A stretch of DNA of 64,000 bases from the NCBI RefSeq assembly GCF_009914755.1, contig NC_060947.1, one strand, 5' to 3'. Below, piece by piece: positions 1-17,772 of this stretch (position 1 is its first letter; each line of letters opens with the position of its first letter). Both the position numbers and the translations under genes were made by a program. A model generated the notes under the pieces. That model was not told the origin of the DNA. It saw only the letters and a list, made by a program, of their open reading frames with translations, and ran no database searches. The stretch is from the human T2T-CHM13v2.0 reference genome, Homo sapiens.

Positions 1-1
1 T

Positions 2-628
<627 letters not shown>

Positions 629-805
629 CCCCGTCTGCTCCTCTAGGCTGGCCCCTTGTCCACCCCTCTCCACACCCCTTCCAGCCCAGGGTTCCCATTT
701 GGCTTCTGGCAGTGGCCCAACTAGCCAAGTCTGGTGTTCCCTCATCATCCCCCTACCTGAACCCCTCTTGCCACTGCCTTCTACCTTGTTTGAAACCTGA
801 ATCCT

Positions 806-811
806 AATAAA
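806..811 (+). terminator. UBA1: UBA1 polyadenylation signal
   Basis: AATAAA about 180 nt after the UBA1 stop codon. Confidence 0.85.
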
Positions 812-1864
812 GAATTAATAACTCCCACATCGCCTGCCCTGCTGGTTCCAGGGAAGGAAGGGACTTCCTGGAGCTGTCTGGTTCAGATGATAACTCAGAG
901 GGCTCAACCCCACCACACCTGCCAGTTTTCTGGACAAAGAAAATGTAATTGCCACCTCTTCCTGCCCTCTCTGCCTAGGAAGAGATGGAGGCACCAGTGA
1001 GGCCATAGTGAGCAGGTACTTGGGTCCATGTGACTGTTAATTTGAGCTGGGTTCAATTCTCACCTTCTCCATGTCCTAACTCCTTGCTCTGTGAAGAGGA
1101 AAGTTACGGTGACCAGGCTGCTAGGGCATGGCCAGCGTGCCTTATGTCCTTAGGGCAGATCCCCTCCCACCTGGCTCAAAGCACTCAGACCCTGGGCAGC
1201 CTTTTGTGGTCATGGTTCCCAGCACCAGGAATGCCTGTGCTGCTCTTAGTTCAATTTCCTTGCTGCAGGGGTGTCTTAAACAGCTCTGCCGAATGCCAGT
1301 GCCTGCAGGCATACTTCGTGATTTTTATGGAAATACTTGAGAACATCTGTAGAGGAAAAGCCCGTTGCTTGCCTTACGCTTCCCCCGGCCCTGCCGCCGC
1401 CCCAGCCCCAGGTCTGCCTGTATTCCCCTTGAGGATCTTCAGCCTCCTACTTTGGAGAAGACAGCTGGCTGTGGGGACTGAGGGGTGTTCATCGCTTAGA
1501 GCAGGTAGCAGGAGGCCTAACACCAGCCCCACCGGGACTGCAGAGTTACCGTGCTCTGTCCTTGGTCTTGGCTGAGTGCTCCAGACAATTGAAAGCACCA
1601 GTCTGGCCACTGCTACATCTTTGCCTTCTTCTATTGTACTGGCTCCTGGTGCCTGAGGAGTCCATTCATACTTCTGTTCCTCAACTAACCAATAATTTAT
1701 CTACCTTACTTAGAAACAAGATCCCTCACTCTTCTACTCAAACCTGAGTGTAAGGAATAGCTCAACCTGTTCTGAACTGGCTTGATTCCCATCACAGCCT
1801 GTGCCCACATCTGCTGCCTCCTGGGCCAGTAGTTCCTGGTCCTGGGCACAGTATATGCCCTTGT

Positions 1865-2537
1865 CCACCTCCTTCTGATCATTTTATTTTCTTGGCCTGC
1901 TCTGCTTGGGTGACCTTATCCTTCCACAGTTTCTTCTTCCCCACTAGGACGTTGAGGACAGAGGCATTTTCCCTTTGGTATCTAGTGGTGATACTGTCAA
2001 AGGGAAAGTTTTTCCCACCACAGGAACTTTCCCATTATTGCTCTAGAGTACCCTAGACACTCCACACCGCAGTCCACTGGCCACACCACTACAGCAGCTG
2101 AGGCTTGAACACAACTGTTGTCTTCTTTCTCCAGTATGCCAGCTCCTTTGCGGATACTCTATAGACACCTTGTTCACTGCACCTCCCCCATTACGGCTCC
2201 ATGTCTTCCCCACCACAACTCCTGGATCTCCTTGACACCTTATTCGTGCCTGACACCCTTCTCCATCAAAACAAGCTTTTGAGTCATGCATGAATCCTGG
2301 TTGCATCTTAGTTGTTCCCCCTCCACCTCATTCCATTTTACTTCTGCGGTTTGTCTACCATTGTTAACACCAGCCAGATGGGAGATCAGGGCTTAGCAGG
2401 CGGGGGTTGCGTCATTGCACCGAGCCCCCTGCACCCAGCAGCCACAAAGGATAGGGTGGGACAAAGGTTTCTCTTGTCACTGCCTGGAACTATTTGCCCA
2501 CCTCCTTCTGATCATTTTATTTTCTTGGCCTGCTCTG
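1865..2537 (+). repeat. Perfect 40-bp dispersed direct repeat (1865-1904 and 2498-2537)
   Basis: CCACCTCCTTCTGATCATTTTATTTTCTTGGCCTGCTCTG occurs identically twice, 633 bp apart. Confidence 0.9.
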
Positions 2538-2539
2538 GC

Positions 2540-3010
2540 AGGCATTCAACAAACATTTGTTGTGTGCTGTGTGCCAGTCACTTTCTAGGCACGTGAGACA
2601 GCAGTGGATAAAACAAAGATCCCTGTCCTCTTGGGGTTTTACGTTCTGCTAGGTTGACACCCAGAATAGATTATAAACACAGTAAGCAAATTGTACCTTA
2701 GAAGTTGATCAGTGCTCTTCAAAAGGCGAGGAATAGAGCCCGATCTGGGGATCTGGAATGATGGCAGTGCAGGTAGGAATTTTTAAATCGGAAAGGCTTC
2801 ATGGAGATGACTTTGAAGCAAGCACCTGGAAGAAGTGAGAGAATGAGGCACGTGGATGTGGGCCAGCAGCATTCCAGGCAAAGGGAACCACAGCAAATGC
2901 AAAACCCCTGAGGCTGGATTGTGCCCGTTTCACTCAAACAGCTAGAAAGAGCGCTAGTATGGTGGCAGTGAGTCAGGGGAAGAAGAGGAAGAGATGAGGT
3001 CAGAGAAGTG
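2540..3010. mobile_element. Old L2 LINE fragment
   Basis: ATTCAACAAACATTTGTTG...TGTGCCAG...CTAGGCAC and GGAAAGGCTTCATGGAG...CATTCCAGGCAAAGGGAAC resemble L2 3' sequence. Confidence 0.6.
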
Positions 3011-4343
3011 ATGAGCCTGTTCTATGCCAAGGCGAGGACTTTTATCTTTGTCAAATATTTCCACTCCCATCATGGCCCGGGAAATCTCACTAATGTAAAC
3101 CTTACTGAAAATCCTAACTGCTGTGATCAAGGCTGCCATAAAGGGAAGCCCGGAAGAGGCGGGGAGGCTGCCTTGGAACAGGGTAGTGTAAGGATGTGCC
3201 AGAAGGCCTGCTGGAGGTTGCAGCCCTTTGAGCTGGACTTGGGGATAGTGTGGTTTTCCAGGCAGAAGGAAGTGAAGGATTAGGTCGGCCTGGTAGTACT
3301 TGGCACACAACATGCGCCCAATAAATAAAATGGAAATAAAACCGCGGAGTGTTCTACTTGTGTTGACTGACATCAAAACAAAACAAAAAACCCTCAGAGT
3401 GAGGGGAGGCACGGGAGGGGCTGTGCCGGGCAAGAGAGGTGGCAGGAAAATCCAACGCACGGCGCCTATGCAAATACTCGTGTGAGGCAGAAAAGAGGCT
3501 CCGCCCCGCTCGAAGTTCCAAGCATGCGCAGTAGCGGCTCCTGCGCCTCTAAGGATCCGCCTCTTTCCTTCTTTCTCAGCCTGGGTTCCACCCCGGGAGG
3601 CCCGCTGTATGAGATGGAGGGCGGGCTAAAGGCGGGACGAGACTCGATTGAGCGCAATTATGACCAATCACCTTGCGGAATATTCGGCCTATAGCGAAGG
3701 AGGAGCTCAGAACAAAAAGGAGACCCCACCCCCGCCGACGGTGAAAACCTATGAAACCTGGGCGGAGGCGTGCGGAGTCGGGTAGAGAGCGAAATCACGC
3801 CTCTTCAGTCAGCCACGCCCTTTATTCTTGCTCGGCCTCGCCACAGAGAGCAAATCAGATTGGCTGGGCGACAACCTCAAAGGGCGGGGCTGCACACGTT
3901 CACTACGGGAATGAGGTAGCGGTGGAGGGGGCAGTTGGGCGGGGATAGGCCGTCCTAGCTAAGGTGGTAAAGGCCAATAACTCTTCAGGCTGCCTCTCCT
4001 CGAAAAGTCATCTTCTCGCGAACCTTTAAAATGCCTTCCTCCCCAAGCACCTCAAGGGACTAGAACTGAGTGCTTCATTTGTCTTTTTTCCTCCTTGCAA
4101 AAGTCCCGTTTGCCACCATGGGGATGTACCAAGTGAGACCGAGTAGGGGGAACGAGTGGTGATTGACGCGCCAGGTTACTGGCCACTGCTCACCTAGGCG
4201 CTAGCAAACTTCTGCCAAGATCGGAACTGAGTACTAAACAGCCTCCACAGTTCTCCCTGGTGCCGTCTCCGGCTTGGCGCCGCATCCTCCTCTGGGCTCG
4301 CGATGGCCGCGTCCCCTCCCGCTGCGGACGGGTCCTTTGGTAC

Positions 4344-4355
4344 ATGCAGTCCGAG
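4344..4355 (+). CDS. CDK16: CDK16 alternative first coding exon (MQSE; 502-aa isoform)
   Basis: ATG CAG TCC GAG followed by a GTGAGT donor; splices in frame to exon 2 (ATC GCC ATG) giving [12 protein letters not shown]. Confidence 0.75.
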
Positions 4356-4399
4356 GTGAGTCCCCTCCTTTCCACTTCACCCTTCCGAGCGCCTGCGTG

Positions 4400-4796
4400 C
4401 GCATGCGCGGAGCGCGGCGCGCGCGGCGGTTGGGCCGTTGGCTGTTCGGCCCTGGGATCCGCCGCCACTCCGCGATCAGACCGCTCTGTGCCGCGAGCCG
4501 CCGTGAGCACTCGGATTCAAGCCGGCGCCAACGAGTCCGGGGGCATCGCCCGCAGCGGCCAAGCTCATGGCCGGCTGAGCGGGACGCCGCCTCCGCCTCA
4601 GCCACCGCCGCCGCCGCCGCCTCCTCCTCCTCAGCCGGCGGCGGCCCGGGCCCAGCAACCATGGCTGAAGACTACTGGGACGGGCGCCTGCGGCGAACAG
4701 GAGGAGAAGGAGGTCGCGCGGCCTCATCCCGGGCCGCCGCCCCAGGCGCCGCCGCGCCGGCCCCGCGGCTCTGAGGTTGCTCGCGCGCCCCCGCCG
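4400..4796 (+). other. CDK16: CDK16 non-coding first exon (5' UTR); start position approximate
   Basis: GC-rich exon ending CCG|GTGAGC at 4796/4797; contains (GCC)5 and uORFs. Confidence 0.7.
4661..4774 (+). other. 37-codon uORF in the CDK16 5' UTR
   Basis: ACCATGG context; MAEDYWDGRLRRTGGEGGRAASSRAAAPGAAAPAPRL*; stop lies 22 nt before the exon donor. Confidence 0.6.
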
Positions 4797-4999
4797 GTGA
4801 GCGCGTCCCCGAGGCGTGGAGGCTGCCCCTCCTCCTTCAGAACCCACCTCGGGCGGTGCCCAGGGGTCTGGGCTGCGGGGCTGGCAGGTGCCCCCACCCC
4901 CGGCGAATTTCCCAGAATGCACCGGGGCGGGGGGTCATTTGGGGCCTCCCTGACCTTGGCCCCGCCCTGGGCCTGTCCTGGGAGCTGGGGTTGGGTAGT

Positions 5000-6830
5000 G
5001 CTGTGGGTGCTAATGGGGACCTGGGGGAGTCAAAGGACCAAAGGGTGTGGAAATGGGTGACAATGGGGTGAAAGACTTGGGGGGGTTGCTGATGGGGGTC
5101 GGAGCATGTGGCAGTAAGCCTCACGCCAATAAGTCGTGTAAGGTTCAAGGCCCCGTGTGTGCTTGTGGAAGGAGGGCGGGGTGCGGAGCGGGTGAGGGAC
5201 CCGAGGGTGTATAACGGGGGGTAGGGTGTCGAGGAAGTTCTAAGACATGCTCATAGGGATTATGTCCGCAGAGAGGCCCGGTGTGTGTTCATGGGGGACA
5301 GGGTGGCACAGGTACCAGAACGTGTGTTGGTGGGGTCAGGGCTCTGAGGCCTGGTGCGTGGCGATGAGGCCCTGGATGGTGTTAATACTGCGTGTCTGTC
5401 CGTGGGGCCTGCAGTGTGTGAGAATGCAGTGTGTGCTTGTGGAGGGCAGGTAGCTGAAGGACTCGAGTGTGGTGTGTGCGCCAGTGGGGGTCATGGCTGT
5501 AGAGGGTGTATGCCTGTGGCCTCGAAGGTCTAGGTAGTTTGGGACCCAGTATATGCTAATGAGGGCAGAGTGGAGGAAGGACCTGAGGGTATCTAACGGA
5601 GGAAGGACTGTGGAATACCTGAGCCTGGCCTAAAGGAGATGAGAATTGCGTGTCTGTCTGGGCCCAGGAAGGAGTGGTGGGGAAGTGTCTTAGCACTGTC
5701 AGAGGCTTAGTGGACGAAGGGTAAAGGTGATGTGAGGTGTGAGTGTGTCCATGGACACAGGGAATGTGAGTCTCGAGGGCACACTAGGAAGGAGCAGGGT
5801 AATAGAAGTACTGGTGGTTGCTAATGTGGGTTTAGAGACATAGAGGCACTTCAATGTGTGCCATTTCGAGAGTCAGCTGTGTGAAGTCTGGAATATGCTA
5901 ATAAGCATCAGAACCTTGTGAAGATTGTGCCCTTGTGTCCGCGGAGGACCAGAGTATGTTGAGGTTCCAGGGGGTGCTACTCGGGGGTAGGGCTGCGGAG
6001 GGGATCTAGTGTGTAATAAGGGGGATCAGGGCTTTCATGAAGGGATCTAAGTGTGAACCAACAAGGATTATATCTGTGGAGATATCTCTGAGCAGAGAGC
6101 AATAGAGGACAGGAATGTGTGATGATCTCGGTGTGCTAAAGTGGATTACAGCTAGGGAGGGCTGAAGTGTGTGCTAATGGGAGTCAGGGCTGAATGAGAC
6201 CTGTGTGCACTAATGAGGGTCAGGCCATGGTAGAACAGTGTGTTTGTGTGTCCCTGCGGAATAGGGCTGAGTAAGGGTTCAGGGTGCACTAATGGGGAGG
6301 CAGGACTGTGTGAGGCCCGGCGTGTGCTAATAGAAATCAGGCCTGAGTGAAGACTCAGTTTGTGCTGACAGAGGGGACAGGACAGTGGAAGGACTGGAAT
6401 GTGTGTTAAGGATGGTCGTAGCTGTGAAGGGGCCTGAGTGTGGGTAACACTGGTTAGAGATCTATCTGTAAGGTTCACTTTATGTTAATAGCATTCAGAG
6501 CAGCATGAAGAAGGTCCAGTGAGTGCTAATGTGGGTCAGCTATAGAGTACCCCAAGTGCATGTTAATAGAGGTCAGAATCATGTAGGGGGAACAGTACGT
6601 TAATGAGGGGAGTCAGTACTATGGAGAAGGTAACAAGCAGCTAGGCCAGGGAGGGGCCCAAGAATGTGGTGGCAAGAGTTACTTAGAGGAGGCTAAGTGT
6701 GTGCTGACAGAGTTCAGGGCGGTATGTTATGTGTTAGGGCTTTGAATGCTGATGGGTATATGAGATAATAGCAGGTAAGATGTAGTGAGGCCTCCTTGAG
6801 GGTCTAGCGTGTATTAATGGGGATCAGGAC
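5000..6830 (+). repeat. Highly decayed ~39-bp-period tandem array in CDK16 intron 1
   Basis: Core GTG(C/T)TAATRRRGGTCAG recurs near 6133, 6171, 6207, 6285, 6324, 6362, 6403, 6483, 6523, 6561 and 6599, with more degenerate copies back to ~5007. Confidence 0.65.
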
Positions 6831-7899
6831 ATAGGGTGCGATGACCAAGTCCTTAGTGGTTGGTGTGTTGAGTATCCTTGAGTATGAGAGTAGTCTGAGG
6901 ATGGGTGTATGTCTTTGGGGATCAGGAAGGGTCAGGCAGGACATGTGCCTTTTTTGGGGTAAGGTTTTATGTCCAGTTTCTTGCTCCCTCCTTTTTTGAA
7001 ATCTAAAAAGCTCATTCAACTGAAATGATATTTAAAAGTTTCCTTGCGTATAAATGTTCAATTATCTCTGTTCACAGGGGCATGTCTGAGACCCCCATCC
7101 CCCTTTCTGGGAGTGTTATGTGATATACAGATTTTACACCCCATCTTCCTAAAATCCCAAAAAACTGAACTCCAGAGCATGTCCAGCCCTTGGGGTTTCC
7201 AGTTAGAGGTCGTGGACCCATGGCTCCTCCTGGCTTCCTCCCCATCCTCCATTCAGCCCTACTTCCAGTCTCCCCCAGCCCCTCCCCTACTCCCTGTCAC
7301 AACATGCAAAGCAACTGGGTATCTGTGCCATATGGGGACACAAGGTTGTCTTTGGGAGCTGGCCATGCTTTACCTTCCTTGCCTTAGGCCCAGTATTCAG
7401 CCTCCCAGGTCAGGATGTTTTGTGGTTATCCTGGGTTCTCCATGGATGGACCTCATCCTGTATCTGAGGTCTTTCTGCTAGGGTGGCCCCTACCCCTCCT
7501 GGGGATAGTGAGTTCAGCCAGGTGGGGGCGAGAACTGCTGGGGGAAGCACCTGATTTCAAGGTAGCAGATGACCCATTTCTCTCCTCAAATCCAGCCCCA
7601 GTCTCATCCTCGACCTCCTATCTAGCTCTACTTCCCTTGGGCCCAGGGCCATCTTAGGCCCTGCTGTGAGTCCAGATGGTTCCTGGGTCAGGTCTTTCCC
7701 CCTCCTTGCTGGCCCAGAGCCCAAGAGGAAGCAGAAGACGGCTGGCCTAAGCCTTTTGGTGGCCCCATTCCCTTCAGCAATCCATCTAGGTCATCTTCCT
7801 GTCGATGCCAGCATCCCTGGGCTACCTTGTTTAGGGTTGTTCAATGAATAGCAGGGACTCATCACCTCAGCAGAGGTTGGTCCTAGGCCCTCAGCCCCC

Positions 7900-8520
7900 T
7901 GATTCACTTATTTCTGCCATAAGCACTTTTTGAGCATCTACTCTGTGTCAGTCACTATTCCAGGTCCTCAGGATATAGCCGTGACCTAAACACAGAAATC
8001 TACCCTGGCGGAGCTGATCTTCTAGTTGTGGCGGTGAGGAGATAGACAGTAAAGACTAAAGAAACCAATAAGTAGGTGGTGTCATTTCTGAGGAGGTAAT
8101 GAGTGCTGGGGGGATAACTGGCAAGGTGAGGGAGTTCGGGATGGTTGAGATTTTAAATAGGGTTATTCACAGAGGCCTCATGAAAAAGGTGACCTTTGAG
8201 CAATGGCCCAAAGGGAGAGGGGAGTGAGCCATTTCGAAATTTAGGGGAAGGGTGTTCCAGGTACCAGGAACAGCCAGTGTAAAGGCCCCGAGGTGGGACT
8301 CTACTGGGTGTGGTTGCAGAACAGCAACTAGGAATGATGGCGGGGGGGTGTGGGGGTGGGGGGGGGCCGTGGGCAAGAGGCAATAGGGGCAAATGAGGTA
8401 AAGAAACACCTGTGGGCCACATTGAGGACTGGGGCGTGTATTTGGGGTGATGAAAAATGTACATTCTTGAGTAGAGGAGAAATGTGACTTGGCTTGTAAA
8501 AGTCTAGATTGGACCCTAGG
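7900..8520. mobile_element. L2 LINE fragment in CDK16 intron 1
   Basis: TTTTTGAGCATCTACTCTGTGTCAG...GGAGCTGATCTTCTAG...GGTGACCTTTGAGCA...GTTCCAGGTACCAGGAACAGC resemble L2. Confidence 0.6.
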
Positions 8521-8786
8521 GGTCCTAACCTGATCAAACCTTTCTGGCAGCCCTGAGAAGAGCTGGTGTACACTGAGACCCCCCCGCCCTCCACACAATC
8601 CCACCCAGTGGTTGGGTCTGGGCAGGACACCCTGACACACGCTCCCCTCCCCCCCCCCACCTGGGTAGATGAATGGGATGATGCAGTGGTTGTCATGACG
8701 ATGAGTGCTAGAGAAGTCAGGAAGAGGGTCCCTGTGGCCACAGGGAATAGTCTGCCTTGGCCTTTGAGGGTGGTGCTAGGGGAACT

Positions 8787-9002
8787 ATGCCACTCTATGG
8801 CCGTGCTCGAGACCATGTCACCCATCCTTCAATTCTGGGCACACGCCCTGGCCGACCCATGGCTGGGCCCATCACTGCAGCTGTACCTGAGAAGATCTGC
8901 AATGGAGCCTTCTGCTCCTGCAGTGGGGCTTTTCCCCTAGATCCCAACAATCCATCGTTAGGGCCCTTGCCCTCAATCAGCCACCTAAATCTGAGAACTC
9001 AG
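8787..9002 (+). CDS. CDK16: CDK16 alternative internal first coding exon (72 aa; 570-aa isoform)
   Basis: MPLYGRARDHVTHPS...HLNLRTQ, 216 nt ending at a CAG|GTGGG donor, in frame with exon 2; 72+2+496=570 aa, matching my recollection of the long isoform. Confidence 0.7.
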
Positions 9003-9248
9003 GTGGGCTACGTAGGAGCAGGGTCCCAGTGGGGCTGGCTGTGTGGGTGGGCAGGTACTGACAAAGATCCCCATCCATGCTGGGTTTCCAGAACTCCTGA
9101 GTGGCTCTGGGGTCCATAGTGGTTGAGTGAGCACTGACAAGTTCATGTCAGTGCCCCCTGCTAGGCTGTGGGCTTTAGGGAACCCATGGTGATCAAGCAA
9201 ATGCTAATAAGAGACCCATTTCCATCCTTGTCCCTTGCTCAGATCGCC

Positions 9249-14459
<5,211 letters not shown>

Positions 14460-15666
14460 GCCACAGACCGAGGCCCCAGCAGGCAGCGGCTGGAGGGATG
14501 CCACACCCCTCACAGGGCAGCCCCCAACTACATCTTCCCTGCTTACTCTCTGCCTACCTGCCTGAGCCATGTTCACCTGCCCACTTGTCCCCTGCTGCCT
14601 GCCCAAACACCCCACCATTGGCCTGTCAACCCACCCATTGGCCTGTCTGCTGGGTGCTAACAAAGCTCTCATCACTCCTTCACTTGGTCTGTCTGTCTCT
14701 GTCTTGGTAGTTGCCGGTGGACAGCATGGCCGTGCCAGCCTCCCACACTGAGGCCAGGTCTACCCCCCATCATACCAGCCCCCAGGACCACTACCCCACG
14801 GCCAGCCAGGGGTCCAGAGCTAGCCCAGGCTGGGGATCTCGACTCAGACAAGATGGTGACAATGCCTTGAGTCTGAGGCATCCTCTGCCTGCTTTCCTGC
14901 CTGCCCCACCTGCCTCATATTGTGTGGGCCTTTTTTTGTTTGTTTCATTCATTGTTTTTTTTTTTTTAATTATTTTAAATGAGATTTTTGTTTTTTTTAA
15001 ATGCAATATCTCTGTATACAGACTGGCTGGGCCCCACCCCCTGCGTGTGGCCCTCCCACAGTATTTTGTGCAATGAAGCCCTGCTCCCAGCCTTTCAGAG
15101 ACAGGGACACAGCCCCTATTTGGAACCCTGATCATCACCAGACCCTGGGATTGGCTATGGGAAAGCATGCCACAGCCACTCGCCTTCCTACCCCCGCCCG
15201 CCATCCCCAGTTGCAGGGGGATCTGGGGACTACCAGAGACTCTGGGAAATGGACAAGGTGGGGGGCCCCACTCTTTCTCTCCTGCAGTCCCGTAGCTGGG
15301 GCCTCCTTCCTTCTCAGGGTCTCCCCAGCCCAGTCCCCTTGCTCCCATCCCACTCGGTGCTGTTGGGTAGGGGCCCTGCCAGGAACTGACCAGCTCAGCG
15401 AGGAGCCATAATGTGCATATGTGCACAAGCAGGGTTGGGGGAGGGGGGTGTGAGGGGTTGTGCCCAGGTGTTGCCCCCTATCTCCTGGGGAGGGTGAGGC
15501 AGGGCAGGGACAGTCTCCAGGGTCAGTCCCTGGATGGGTGGTTACCTCCCCTTCCTCCACCCTAAGCCCTGGGGCCCTGAAATGGGGTGGGAGGGCAGGG
15601 GTGGGAGCCCTCCTAGTGGGTTTGGGGGGTTGGGTTCCTGAATGCACCATAATCGCTGTATGAAAT

Positions 15667-15672
15667 ATTAAA
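15667..15672 (+). terminator. CDK16: CDK16 polyadenylation signal
   Basis: ATTAAA preceded by TGTA, ending a ~1.2-kb 3' UTR. Confidence 0.7.
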
Positions 15673-16488
15673 AAGTCTAAAGTGAAAAGCCTGCTTGCAA
15701 ATCCCTGTAGGGGTGGAGGGTGGCCGAGCTGGGGTGATTATTGGGACCTTGGAGAATTCATACCTCATCACCACTGTCTAGGAAAACACTGGGAGTGGGC
15801 CAGGGACACGTCACGACTATGAAAAAGGCATCTAAGGTATTGCATATGTAACAGTAGAACATGGAGTTGAAGCAGGTAGGGCAGGCTGAATGGTGTTGAT
15901 GGGTTGAGAAGCAGAAAGGGGAGTTAGATTTGCCCAGGAATATGAGGAAGCCTGATAAGAGGGTGGAGGCAGGGAAGTGGAGAGACGATGTTTGAAAGAC
16001 ACTGGACGGCCCAATAGAACCATGGATGGGAAGATGAGGCAAAGGCCCAGTATGGCCATCTGACTAGGAAACCATGAAGAGGAGGGAATGTTCAGGACGG
16101 TAGGGGGTAGATTTTGGACCACTGAGTAGGTAGAGAAATCCTTTAATACATGGATCAAATTAAGCAGTGGGGCCATAGATGGACCTGGAAATTTCAATTA
16201 TTAGTGTCCAGGAAGTAACAGAAACCATGGGCATGGGTGAGAGAGTTTGCAAGAGGCCAGGGATCAATGACACAACCTGGGGTTTGCCCTCAGATATGAG
16301 GATAATTGAAACTTATTTTCTTTGTCCTGTGAGTTCCAGCCCCAGTCCCACCATCTTGGGCAAAGCCAAGGATTGTTTTCTAAGCAGAAGAGGGGGTGAG
16401 CAGGGCCAGGCAAATACTGCAAGTAATGGCAACCCTAATTAAGTGGCTGTTTACTAAAGCCCAGTGGTGGGGGCCCATGAACTTCTAA

Positions 16489-16791
<303 letters not shown>

Positions 16792-17596
16792 CTCTACCGT
16801 GTCTTTCTAAGCACTTTAGTGATGTTTCAGCTTGCAGCCTCATGGTGCCATGATGACTGCCATGTCCCCAGAGATGGAAAAGCAAGCAGGGAAGACAGAA
16901 CACCTTCCTTACCTGTCTGTGTTCTTTTAACGGCTGGAACTTCCACAAGCTCCTCAGCAGACTTCCTGTGCCATTTCTTGGCTAGAATCAGATGACATGG
17001 CCACTTCTGGCAGCAAGGGAGGATGGGAAAAGGAGGGCCTTGCAAAGGGGGACAGGATTGCCAGGCTGGATTTAAAAGGTCTAGAACTCACCCAACTGCT
17101 CTGGGAAGTGGTAGGGTCACTGGTGTGGGCAGAGGTTGGCCTCTGGAAGGTGGAAAAAAAAAAACGGTCTAGGGCTGGGAAAGGAGGTCTCTTGGATTTA
17201 CCTGGCTGCCCAGATAAATGGGGAGGGGGAGTCTGCAGAGGGGCAATGGGGAGAATCAATTCAGAGAATCTGACAAGATTCAACTGGGCTTGAAGAGCAG
17301 CTATCTGCCATGTGTCTGACTCAACTCAAATGCCACTTTCTTTGGGGACCCTTAAGTGAAAGGCCTGCTCCCTTTCCTCACCCAGAGCTTACACAACTGA
17401 GTTTGTGACCCCTCATCTATGCCAGGTCTGGGCTGGGGGCTGGAATCACAGTAATAAAGACACAATCCCTGCCCCGCAGAGATTAACTGAAAATAGGTAA
17501 ATTATGAAATTGTGAGGGGGAAGGGAGGTTCGAAATTAAAGTCATCATCAACGGGGCTGGCAGCCCCAGCAGAGGAAAGAATAGCATAGCCTAGAG

Positions 17597-17772
17597 CAGT
17601 GGTTCTCAACCAGAGACATTTTTCCCCCAAAGGACATTTGGTAATGTCTGGAGATACTTGGTTGTCCTGAGGGGTACTACTTGGTATCTAGTAGGTAGAG
17701 GCCAGGGATGCTGCTACATATCCTGCAATGCCCACAACAAAGAAATGACAGTGCTGAGGTTGAGAGACCCTG
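17597..17772. mobile_element. MER20 (hAT-Charlie) DNA transposon relic
   Basis: CAGTGGTTCTCAACC...GGACATTTGGTAATGTCTGGAGA...GGTAGAGGCCAGGGATGCTGCT...GGTTGAGAGACCCTG. Confidence 0.75.

Larger units (their letters stand above)
3400..5000 (+). promoter_or_regulatory. CDK16: CDK16 CpG-island promoter
   Basis: CpG-dense; NRF1-type GCATGCGC motifs at 3522 and 4398-4408, CCAAT/ATTGG boxes at 3664, 3859 and 3974, several GC boxes, two first-exon GTGAG donors at 4356 and 4797. Confidence 0.9.

Noticed and set aside
4190-5060. Several 100-266-aa ORFs on both strands in the CDK16 island
   Set aside because: GC-rich low-complexity translations, several from non-ATG starts, crossing the splice donors
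5000-6830. CRISPR-like appearance of regularly spaced motifs
   Set aside because: Eukaryotic intron, degenerate short cores, spacers of related composition and no cas genes; treated as a decayed minisatellite
9187-9248. In-frame intronic ATGs just upstream of CDK16 exon 2
   Set aside because: They overlap the branch point and polypyrimidine tract, and nothing in the sequence supports a TSS there
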